From: an uncultured Thermococci archaeon
Lineage (GTDB): Archaea; Methanobacteriota_B; Thermococci; Methanofastidiosales; B48-G16
DNA: 64,000 nucleotides
NCBI GenBank assembly: GCA_964595645.1
Contig: CAZQQT010000002.1
Span: 165,309-229,308 of the forward strand
Direction: 5' to 3'
Positions 40,381 through 48,541 of the stretch are shown here, piece after piece; position 1 is the stretch's first letter; each line of letters begins with the position of its first letter. Made by a program: the position numbers and the translations under genes. Below the pieces are notes generated by a model. It had not been told where the DNA came from and did no database searches. It saw only the letters and a program-made list of their open reading frames with translations.

Positions 40381-40827
40381 CACCGCAATTTCCTCCACAA
40401 TTTTTTCTCTATTTTCCTCAGTCACGGTAACAATTTTGTAGTTCTCTCTTTTTTTGACTACGTCCTCGAGGATATCTTCTCGCACAATTACCAGCGAGTC
40501 CTCTGTCAAATACTGGAAAATGTCGATAATCCCTCTCATCTCTAGATGGCCAATCTCGTCGTAGACAAGAATATCTCCTGTTCGTTGCAGTGCACGCTCC
40601 ACAAACTGGAGTGCCGCGGGATTGAAGTAATATCCCTTCACCTTGAACCCGATCTTCTCCTTCGATGCGAGCACTCGTTTCTCATGTGTCACGAGATCTT
40701 CAACAAAGTATCTTCCTCCCGATCGTTCACTTATCACACCGTAGATATCCTTCTCCAGCATCTCTACCACCGCACGCAGTACCGTTGTTTTGCCCACGCC
40801 AATAGCACCCGTGATGATGAGGATCAT
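40360..40827 (-). CDS. Small P-loop NTPase (NTPase_1/DUF2478-like)
   Basis: ITGAIGVGKTT, LVYDEIG.LE; ATGA-coupled to the EcfT gene. Confidence 0.85.
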   Translation of the reverse strand: MILIITGAIGVGKTTVLRAVVEMLEKDIYGVISERSGGRYFVEDLVTHEKRVLASKEKIGFKVKGYYFNPAALQFVERALQRTGDILVYDEIGHLEMRGIIDIFQYLTEDSLVIVREDILEDVVKKRENYKIVTVTEENREKIVEEIAVLCQDLF

Positions 40828-41498
40828 AGGAGGTACCTCCAGTACAGCGACACACCGAGAAGTACGCCTGCTATCACCGTGAGGAGGTAATCCTCCCGAT
40901 GAAATCCACTCTCCCGATAAAACGTTCTCTTTTTATAGAGTCCAAAACACCGACCTTCCATGGATTGAGTGAAGGAATCCGCCCGCTCCAGTGCTGAGTA
41001 GAGAAGAGGGAAAAAGGTATACCTCACGAAGTTGAAGACATTTTTTATCCCGTCGAGTTTCACACCTCGGGCTAACTGCGCTTTTCTGATGATATTGGAC
41101 TCCATGTCAAAGAGAGGGACTAACCTGAAGGTGAAGACGAGGGTGAAGGCGTATCGGTACGGCACGCCGATCCGCATTAACGAGTATGCGAATGTATTGG
41201 GATCGCTTTTCGCGAAAAGCATCCCTGAGAAGATGATTCCCAGAAATCTGAATACCATTCGTAGTGAGAATGCTAGTCGCTCCACAAGGCTTCCCTCTAG
41301 AAATATTACGTTGATGATCAGGATAAAAACTGCAAAGGAGAAGATGATCTTCCTCCTTGTCATTGCAGAAAATCCCAGACGCAGAGAAAAAATCACGAGG
41401 GAAATACCACATAAGAATGCGATTACCAGCACATTCTGGAACAGAAAGAGGAGAACACAGTATATAATAAGGAGGAAAAACTTTGTTAACGGGTTCAT
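40824..41498 (-). CDS. ecfT: ECF transporter T component
   Basis: NPLTK start; RLVP, AQLARG and SMEGR coupling motifs. Confidence 0.92.
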   Translation of the reverse strand: MNPLTKFFLLIIYCVLLFLFQNVLVIAFLCGISLVIFSLRLGFSAMTRRKIIFSFAVFILIINVIFLEGSLVERLAFSLRMVFRFLGIIFSGMLFAKSDPNTFAYSLMRIGVPYRYAFTLVFTFRLVPLFDMESNIIRKAQLARGVKLDGIKNVFNFVRYTFFPLLYSALERADSFTQSMEGRCFGLYKKRTFYRESGFHREDYLLTVIAGVLLGVSLYWRYLL

Positions 41499-42832
41499 CC
41501 CGATTCCTCCAGGAGTACGCCATCCTCCAACCGTAAAACACGGGAACAGTAGGTTTCGGCAATTCTGCGGTCGTGAATTACCATGATAATCAGATTGTTG
41601 TTCTCGAGTAGCATGTCCATGATCCTCTTGACATTTTCGTGATCTTGGCCAATGAATGGTTCATCCATAAGAATGATCGTTGGATCGTAGGAGAGGATAG
41701 AGACGATATTCAGCCTCCTTTTCTCTCCGTAACTGAGGTGAAAGGGATTTCTTTCACTGTATTGTTGTAACCCACTTCTCTCCAAGAAGGGATCCACGCT
41801 GCCTTCCATCTCAAAGTTGATGAGTGCGAACGCCGCTTCTTCCTGTACAGATGACTCGAATATTTGGTGGTTGGGATTCTGGAATACAAATCCAATGTCT
41901 CGTGCGAGTTCTGATGTCTTTTTTTCAGTGATTTTCTTTCCTCGGAGACGAATTTCCCCAGAGTACTCAAGATAGTTCATCAGTGACATGAGAAGCGTTG
42001 TTTTTCCGCTCCCGTTTCTCCCCATGATCCCGATGACCTCATTGTGGTACGCATTAAAGGATATCCCGTCGAGAACCTTTTTTTTACCGTACGACACGTG
42101 AAGATTGTCTACCTCAAGGATTTTTTCTCCCTTCTCTCTTCGCTTCGTCGTGTACTGAGGATGCTGGAGACTGTCAACGAGGTGGAGGGTACCATTCTTC
42201 AATGTTGCTATCTTGGTGACCTTGTCAAGGAGGTACTCCCATTTATGTTCGATCACAATCACTGCGATATCCGCCTTTTTCTGTATTTTCTCGATCACGT
42301 TGAATATCTCCTCCGTGACCACAGGATCGAGGTTGCTCGTCGGTTCATCGAAGATAATCACCTCAGGTTTCATGGCAAGAATCGATGCGATCACAATCTT
42401 CTGCTTCTCCCCACCGGAGAGCGAGAACGTATCCCGTTCCCGCAGATGCTCTGCATCCACGATACTCAGTGCCCAGTCTATCCGAGTCTCCATTTCTTCT
42501 TTGTCAAGACACATATTTTCTAGGGCAAAACTGAGTTCATCTATCACATTCAGCGTACAAATCTGATTTTCAGGGTCCTGCTGCACTACCCCCACGTCTT
42601 TGGCGAGATCGAAGAGCTCGTACTCCTCGATATTTTTTCCTTTAAAAAAAATATTTCCTTTCTTTTCTCCTTTTCCTTTTAAAAATCCAGAAATGGCGAG
42701 GGCAAGCGTTGATTTTCCACTTCCACTTTCTCCTGCGAGCAGGATAAAATCTCCTTTCTCTATATGCAGCGAGATATCCTTCAACACCCACTCCTTCTCA
42801 TACCGAAAACTGAAGTTCTCCAGTCTGATCAT
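41495..42832 (-). CDS. ecfA: Fused double ECF ATPase (EcfA-A')
   Basis: Two Walker A motifs (GESGSGKST, GRNGSGKTT); QDPENQI and QNPNHQI; LSGGEKQ and LSYGEKRR. Confidence 0.93.
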   Translation of the reverse strand: MIRLENFSFRYEKEWVLKDISLHIEKGDFILLAGESGSGKSTLALAISGFLKGKGEKKGNIFFKGKNIEEYELFDLAKDVGVVQQDPENQICTLNVIDELSFALENMCLDKEEMETRIDWALSIVDAEHLRERDTFSLSGGEKQKIVIASILAMKPEVIIFDEPTSNLDPVVTEEIFNVIEKIQKKADIAVIVIEHKWEYLLDKVTKIATLKNGTLHLVDSLQHPQYTTKRREKGEKILEVDNLHVSYGKKKVLDGISFNAYHNEVIGIMGRNGSGKTTLLMSLMNYLEYSGEIRLRGKKITEKKTSELARDIGFVFQNPNHQIFESSVQEEAAFALINFEMEGSVDPFLERSGLQQYSERNPFHLSYGEKRRLNIVSILSYDPTIILMDEPFIGQDHENVKRIMDMLLENNNLIIMVIHDRRIAETYCSRVLRLEDGVLLEESG

Positions 42833-43788
42833 GCGATCCGTATCTCCGCGACATCACGAACCCAGTAGCCACCATCGAATCCCTTGGCGATCAGTCTTCT
42901 CTCCGCGGTGAGAATCATCTCATCGTGTATTTTTTCTATAGGGAAGGTTACAGTGTAGCCGTCGTCTCCTACCACCTCTACCTCTTCTCCCTGCGGTTCT
43001 GCCCTTTCCACAATGATCGTGAATGGAATACCTCGGTACTCTTTTTCTTCTTCGTATTGGTACTGTCCTACCATCTCTGCAGCCACTGTTTTCTCGTACA
43101 CACTGAATTCATTGTAATTAAAGCTGTAGGCATTGTTGCAGTCTCCCAAGACAGCGATCGCTTCTCCTGAGGTGTAAATGGCAGCGTAGTAGTAAATTCC
43201 ACCGAAGAGGAGTACGGTTGCAGCACCGATCGTTGCAGCTTTTTTAAGACTGTACCGTTTCTCCTTTCCCTCCAGCACCTCCAGTACATTGTGCGAGAAG
43301 TATCCTGCAAAGAGTACTCCGGAGAAAAAGGCAATACACGAGATGATAAAGAAGAAGGTTGTTGCATTATAGGGGGCATAAAAGAGCTGAAATATAAATA
43401 CATTTGTTCCTGTGGCAATCCCTCCAGCGAGAAGATAGGTGAGGAAGTGCCGTTTTCTTAGTGTGAGAAAGACGAGATCGACCAAAAGCCCTTGGGTACC
43501 ACTTAAGACCAACACGAAGATACCGAGTTTCCCCCCAGAGAAAAGCTCGACAAAGGCCTTCAGTATCCCGATCATGAGACCAGTACCTCTCTTTCGGGTG
43601 AGGCCGTAGCCTAAGGTGATCCAGAAGATGTGGAGTCCGGCGAGGAACTGTCCGGCACCGAACGGGACACCCAGAAACCTGTTTACCAGGTTCGCTAAGT
43701 AGCCGATGTATGTGGAGGATATCCCTCCGAGTGCAGAGAGTATCGCAATCACCACGAGATCCTTCGTTTCAAAGTAGTATTTACCCAT
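42829..43788 (-). CDS. ECF S-component (YkoE/ThiV-like) fused to a C-terminal molybdopterin-binding-fold domain
   Basis: F.TKDLVVIAILSAL.G and TRKRGTG..G....VE motifs, then an extra TM and EYRGIP...V.V.GDDGY...RLI...YWVRDV.EI. Confidence 0.8.
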   Translation of the reverse strand: MGKYYFETKDLVVIAILSALGGISSTYIGYLANLVNRFLGVPFGAGQFLAGLHIFWITLGYGLTRKRGTGLMIGILKAFVELFSGGKLGIFVLVLSGTQGLLVDLVFLTLRKRHFLTYLLAGGIATGTNVFIFQLFYAPYNATTFFFIISCIAFFSGVLFAGYFSHNVLEVLEGKEKRYSLKKAATIGAATVLLFGGIYYYAAIYTSGEAIAVLGDCNNAYSFNYNEFSVYEKTVAAEMVGQYQYEEEKEYRGIPFTIIVERAEPQGEEVEVVGDDGYTVTFPIEKIHDEMILTAERRLIAKGFDGGYWVRDVAEIRIA

Positions 43789-44707
43789 CTTCACACCTCA
43801 CGACAGCTACATCCACTGTGTCGTCCACCGTAACCTTTACGTAGTGATAGAACCCATCGGCTAATAGCGGTGCACCGGCACCACCGGAGATGACATATGT
43901 TGTATTGTCGTCTTTCTTTTTATAGGGGGAGTGGATATGACCACAGAATACGTAGTCGACATGGTTGTCCTGCACGATTGCTCTAAACGCTTCTCCATCG
44001 ATCATGGTGCTGGTACCGCCAGGCCGTGGATCGAAGGGCGGCATATGCATGAAGATGAAGACATGATTGCGCTCTTTCTGGAGTGTTGTACGAAGAAACT
44101 CCAGCTGCTCCGCATCCAGGAATCCTGTGGCGTTGTCGAGCACAACGAAAAGAGAGGATCCGTAGGTGAAGGAGTAGTATCGCGGACCGAGGTACTGCTC
44201 ATACAGATCGGGATCGTCCATGATATCGTGATTTCCACGGACAAAGAAGAGAGGAGCATGAAGATTGTTTGCTGTATTGAGAAATGCAGTAAAGTTAGCA
44301 GTACTCGCTTCACAGACAAAATCTCCTCCACCTACCACGAATAACGGATTGTCGTCGTTGATCTTCTCAATCATCGTATGAAATACCTGCGTCTGCTGTG
44401 CTCCCGATTCTGGTTGACTGTCGCTGAAAAATACAAACGTATAGCTCTCACGTGTGTCAGGATCCAGCTGCACGTGTTCTTTTTCAAAAGGGCCGAGAGT
44501 GAAATGGAGTTCTTTGTGAAAGTTGGGAAGTACAAAGTCACGGGTTGTGGGTAGTAACGAGTAGTTGGTGATGGTGATGGAGGGATAGAGCCCTGTGGCG
44601 AAGATTCTCTGGTTCTCCTGTGTCCCCTCCGTTACATCAATGGTAGTTTTGGGGATGAGGAGGAGACAGAGAATGCCAATGATCGCCAATAGTATATATT
44701 TCTTCAT
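43781..44707 (-). CDS. Secreted/anchored calcineurin-like metallophosphoesterase
   Basis: Signal/anchor MKKYILLAIIG; FSDSQ, GGDFV, GNHD, FMHMPP, GHIH. Confidence 0.9.
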   Translation of the reverse strand: MKKYILLAIIGILCLLLIPKTTIDVTEGTQENQRIFATGLYPSITITNYSLLPTTRDFVLPNFHKELHFTLGPFEKEHVQLDPDTRESYTFVFFSDSQPESGAQQTQVFHTMIEKINDDNPLFVVGGGDFVCEASTANFTAFLNTANNLHAPLFFVRGNHDIMDDPDLYEQYLGPRYYSFTYGSSLFVVLDNATGFLDAEQLEFLRTTLQKERNHVFIFMHMPPFDPRPGGTSTMIDGEAFRAIVQDNHVDYVFCGHIHSPYKKKDDNTTYVISGGAGAPLLADGFYHYVKVTVDDTVDVAVVRCEDG

Positions 44708-44739
44708 CGATATGTTTCTTCGAACATAACGTTTATAAA
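44706..44739. promoter_or_regulatory. ModE-like operator palindrome abutting a shared bidirectional TATA box
   Basis: ATCGATATGTT-TCTTCG-AACATAACGTT (44706-44733), then TTTATAAA (44732-44739). Confidence 0.65.
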
Positions 44740-44769
44740 GGTTTTGTGTGTCACTGCAGTAGTGATACC

Positions 44770-45570
44770 ATGAAGACAAGATACCAACTACTAATTGGCG
44801 TACTTGCAGTATCCCTTCTTGTGGGATGCGTGACCGAGGAGAAAGAAACACCGACGTACACTGTTGAAATCTCAGGACTGAAAGAGGGAGAACTCGCACT
44901 GAGTGAATTGCGCTCGATGCCCTCTGAGGAGTTTACCGCAACGCTCGTGAAATCTACGGGAACAGAGATAGAAAACTCATGGAAGGGGGTGCTTCTCTCT
45001 GATGTCCTCGATACCTATGACGTCGCTCCGGATTACGTTACCTTTGTCGCGAAGGACGGCTATATGTCGACGATGGAATGGAGCGATCTGACCAACGCGT
45101 ACCTCTGCTATGAAATGGACGAGGAAGAGATTACCCAGGAAGATGGTGGACCAGTACGACTTGTGATTCCGGATCAACCGGGAAAACTCTGGTTAAAGTA
45201 TTTGAAGGAGATAAAACTCCTCGGGAAGGAGAACTCGCTGGTAATCAACGGAAAAACAAAGGTTACCCTGGTACTCCCACCGGAGGATCTCACCGGTCTT
45301 TTCGATCAGAAAACGGTCACTGCGGAGTATAAAGGTGAGGAGAGTACCTTTGAAGGAGTCCCGTTGGTCGCATTATTGAATAGAGCACGGTACGAAGACG
45401 ATGCCGCGAAGGTTAAATTTACCGCTGCAGATGGCTATACAGTCGAACTGGAGTTCAGCGAGGTCTATTCAAACGAGGATATCCTCGTGACAGAGGATTT
45501 CAGACTGATCATGCCAGGCTACGAATCGAAGTACTGGATGAAGGATTTGCGGGAGATAGACGTACTATGA
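44770..45570 (+). CDS. Lipoprotein with two molybdopterin-binding-fold (Oxidored_molyb-like) domains
   Basis: Lipobox LLVGC; WKGVLLSDVL, F.AKDGY, DGGPVRLVIP, WLKYL; second copy FEGVPL, AADGY, RLIMPG, YWMKDL. Confidence 0.82.
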   Translation: MKTRYQLLIGVLAVSLLVGCVTEEKETPTYTVEISGLKEGELALSELRSMPSEEFTATLVKSTGTEIENSWKGVLLSDVLDTYDVAPDYVTFVAKDGYMSTMEWSDLTNAYLCYEMDEEEITQEDGGPVRLVIPDQPGKLWLKYLKEIKLLGKENSLVINGKTKVTLVLPPEDLTGLFDQKTVTAEYKGEESTFEGVPLVALLNRARYEDDAAKVKFTAADGYTVELEFSEVYSNEDILVTEDFRLIMPGYESKYWMKDLREIDVL

Positions 45571-46295
45571 AGAAGTTTATCTCCATTTTTTTATTATTTC
45601 TCCTATTAGGATGTATACAGGGAGAAAAGACTGCAACGTGGAAAATTCACGTGATCGAGAACGATGTGACGGAGTATTCACTCTCAGCACTGAAAGAGTT
45701 CGAGACTGAGACGATCCACGAGACGGTGGTGGGAAAGGAGGTTCGAAAGATACCGTGGGAAGGGGTGCCATCGACCGCGCTCGGTGACGGCGAGATCATC
45801 AATTATATCTCCGAGGATCGATATCTAGTGAGTATTCCCAGTACTGTGGATGTCATCCTCGCGTATAAAAAAGAGGGAGATTCTATCCCAAAAGAGGATG
45901 GGGGGCCGCTGAAGATTACGGCAGACCCGCAGTATGGCTGCAAATGTAACTGGCTGAAGTACCTCAAAATCGTTGAATTTGTGGATAGGGAAAACACGAT
46001 ATCGATCTATGGAGAGGTCACGAATATTCTCTACTTTTCGCCACGAGATCTCAATATCTTCTACTCGCTGGACGCCTTGCTGGAAGATCGGTACCATCGG
46101 GCCGCGATCACGAAAATCCTCGACAAAGCGATATGCAAACCGAATGCCAAAACCGTGACATTCGTCACAGGAGACAGAAGGGAAACATTCGACCTATCGA
46201 CGATACGAGAAGAGAACCCTGAGATTGTCTACAATCAAGGGTTTGCTATCCCCTCGTTGGGTCTGAGCGATGTGAGATCGATTGTGATAGGGTAG
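45567..46295 (+). CDS. Lipoprotein with a molybdopterin-binding-fold domain plus a degenerate second copy
   Basis: Lipobox LLLGC; WEGVP, ISEDRY, ILAY, DGGPLKI, GCKCNWLKYL; ATGA overlap with 44770. Confidence 0.78.
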   Translation: MKKFISIFLLFLLLGCIQGEKTATWKIHVIENDVTEYSLSALKEFETETIHETVVGKEVRKIPWEGVPSTALGDGEIINYISEDRYLVSIPSTVDVILAYKKEGDSIPKEDGGPLKITADPQYGCKCNWLKYLKIVEFVDRENTISIYGEVTNILYFSPRDLNIFYSLDALLEDRYHRAAITKILDKAICKPNAKTVTFVTGDRRETFDLSTIREENPEIVYNQGFAIPSLGLSDVRSIVIG

Positions 46296-47090
46296 TTACC
46301 ATCCCAGTGTGACGTCAAAATCGAACTCATTGAGCACATGTTGCATCCTCTTTTTCAGTAGTAGCAGATATTTTTCGTTGTCTTTTATTTTTTTGTAGCT
46401 TTTCACGGTGTCCACATCCAAATATTTCTTCATTCGATGCCAGACATTCTGATAGAGATTCATTTTGTCGATATAGAGGCGCGTCACGCCCCGCTCTGCA
46501 AATGCTGTGAACGCTGCTCGTATTTTTTCCTCAGTATCAGAGAACATCGGGATCACAGGACCGAAAAACACGTAGCAGTCCTCTATCTCCTCGAGAATAT
46601 TCAACCGTTCTTCAACCGATGACGCGCCTGGCTCAAACTGTTGTCGTATGTCTTCTTCAACTGTGGTGAAGGTGACTCCCACCTCGGCATCTACCCTCTC
46701 CAGCAATGTTCTGTCTCTGAGGACGAGATCGGACTTTGTGAGGATGCTGATGGGAACATCGTATCGGGAGAGCACCTGTAAGCACTTCTTCGTTATCTCA
46801 TATTTTCTTTCCAACGGTTGATAAGGGTCCGTGACCGAGGAGATGAGAATGCTTCCTTCTGGAGATTTTTTCATCTGTTTGGCGAGGACTCGGGGAGCGT
46901 TCACCTTTACGTCCACAAACTCCCCCCATGCTTCTTTGTGGTTTGCGAACTTCTTCATGAACACAGCGTAGCAGTAGATGCATCCATGCTGGCATCCCAT
47001 GTACGGGTTTACTGCGTAGTCTATCCCGTAGATACCAGATTTTGAGAGGATAGATTTACAGTAGATCTCGTTTATTTGCACATGGTACAA
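46296..47090 (-). CDS. Radical SAM protein, spore-photoproduct-lyase-like
   Basis: NPYMGCQHGCIYCYA, SSVTDPYQP.E, ILTKS, FEPGA. Confidence 0.9.
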   Translation of the reverse strand: MYHVQINEIYCKSILSKSGIYGIDYAVNPYMGCQHGCIYCYAVFMKKFANHKEAWGEFVDVKVNAPRVLAKQMKKSPEGSILISSVTDPYQPLERKYEITKKCLQVLSRYDVPISILTKSDLVLRDRTLLERVDAEVGVTFTTVEEDIRQQFEPGASSVEERLNILEEIEDCYVFFGPVIPMFSDTEEKIRAAFTAFAERGVTRLYIDKMNLYQNVWHRMKKYLDVDTVKSYKKIKDNEKYLLLLKKRMQHVLNEFDFDVTLGW

Positions 47091-47171
47091 TGGAGGAGTG
47101 AAGTTATAAAGATTTGGCCCGAGAGAAAAATTAAAATATATAGAATCGGAGAACTCAGAGAAGTGACCACT

Positions 47172-47516
47172 ATGTCAACGATTAAAGAATTTAAGGAGGA
47201 ACGGGAGTATCTCAACAACATCGTGATGAAGTACAGCAATCTGCCAATTAAACGGTTCTACAACCTCGATTCACGAGTTTATGAAGAGGGTGCACTTTCA
47301 CAGAAAACTAAAGAGGTGCTCGGACTTGTGGCATCACTTGTACTCAGGTGTGATGACTGCGTGACGTACCATCTTCTCCAGTGTCACGATCACGGCGTGA
47401 CGAACGAAGAGATAGGGGAGGCACTGGCCATCGGGCTTGTTGTCGGTGGATCCATTACTATCCCACATCTCAGGAGGGCCTTCGCGTTATGGGACGAGCT
47501 GCAGGAGGGAGAATAG
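47172..47516 (+). CDS. Carboxymuconolactone decarboxylase/AhpD-like protein
   Basis: GALSQKTKE..GL.AS..LRCDDC..YH; likely start is ATG 47172. Confidence 0.88.
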   Translation: MSTIKEFKEEREYLNNIVMKYSNLPIKRFYNLDSRVYEEGALSQKTKEVLGLVASLVLRCDDCVTYHLLQCHDHGVTNEEIGEALAIGLVVGGSITIPHLRRAFALWDELQEGE

Positions 47517-47517
47517 T

Positions 47518-47976
47518 ATGGGAAGAAAACCGCAGTATGATGCGCTGTTAGCCGATGTACAAGAGATTGTGAGCACATCATTGGATAGAAAAGAGAAACT
47601 TACTCGTATTTGTGAGCTTCTCTGGGATGACGTTGCACACTACGACTGGGTAGGATTTTATCTCGTGGAACACGGGAAACTCGTACTCGGTCCTTTCATG
47701 GGAGAACCTACGGAACATGTGAAAATCTCATTTGGGGAAGGTATCTGTGGTCAGGCTGCGGAACGAGAAGAGACTGTTGTTGTACAGAATGTGTCCGAGG
47801 AAACGAACTACCTCTCATGCAGTCCACAGGTGCAGTCAGAGATTGTTATTCCTCTCTTCAAGGATGGCACAGTTGTTGGAGAACTTGATATCGATTCTCA
47901 CACACGGTCACCCTTCACGAAGGAGGACAGAACGTTTCTCGAAGCCGTTGCCCGACACGCTGCTACTCTTTTCTGA
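47518..47976 (+). CDS. GAF-domain free Met-(R)-sulfoxide reductase-like protein
   Basis: WVGFY, LGPF.G, GEGICG.AA, YLSC, SEIVIP, LDIDS. Confidence 0.85.
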   Translation: MGRKPQYDALLADVQEIVSTSLDRKEKLTRICELLWDDVAHYDWVGFYLVEHGKLVLGPFMGEPTEHVKISFGEGICGQAAEREETVVVQNVSEETNYLSCSPQVQSEIVIPLFKDGTVVGELDIDSHTRSPFTKEDRTFLEAVARHAATLF

Positions 47977-48211
47977 GCGCGAGACCTACCATACAGGCGA
48001 TCAGAATCGCGCTGCAGAAATAGATAAAGTTAAAGTACTGATCCTGCGTGAAGGCGAACACCTCGGGAAAATACGTTTTCACAATGTACGCAAGCGTCAC
48101 GAGCGTAGAAAAAACCACGAAGAAAATCAGTGGAAAGTTCGCTCTGAAGATCCACTCTTTCAGGAGGATAATGTAGTATTTTATGATATACCCGATCATT
48201 TTTATTTCCAT
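47963..48211 (-). CDS. Small membrane hypothetical protein
   Basis: GAGG RBS and two hydrophobic helices. Confidence 0.5.
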   Translation of the reverse strand: MEIKMIGYIIKYYIILLKEWIFRANFPLIFFVVFSTLVTLAYIVKTYFPEVFAFTQDQYFNFIYFCSAILIACMVGLALRKE

Positions 48212-48257
48212 AGAACCTCACACAAAAATAAAAAATATAAAAAAAAATGAATAATAG

Positions 48258-48458
48258 TTATTTCCTTTTTGCAGCCAATTCTATGTCTTCCCTTTTTACC
48301 GTTTTTCGTCCGGCGTGTTCTGCGAGAGACATTGCTTCCTGCGAGATCTCAACGGCCTTTTTTTCCAGTGCTCTGGAAAGCGCGACAGCCGCATCTTCAC
48401 TGACTCTCTCAGCACCTGCTTTTCGTATTAACCTATCTACTGCTGCTTTTGCTAACAT
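48258..48458 (-). CDS. Archaeal histone (second, basic paralog)
   Basis: AGAERVSEDA and HAGRKTVKREDI; GAGGTGA RBS and TTTAAATA box. Confidence 0.95.
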   Translation of the reverse strand: MLAKAAVDRLIRKAGAERVSEDAAVALSRALEKKAVEISQEAMSLAEHAGRKTVKREDIELAAKRK

Positions 48459-48541
48459 AATATCACCTCTTTATACTAATTCTCATGCTTCTTTTCAGCG
48501 GTAGTATTTAAACTTTTCGGCGTTTTACGGTTAAAACACCG

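Noticed and set aside
44770-46295. MsrPQ or sulfite-oxidase enzyme annotation
   Set aside because: No Mo-ligating Cys, no Tat motif and no haem-membrane partner.
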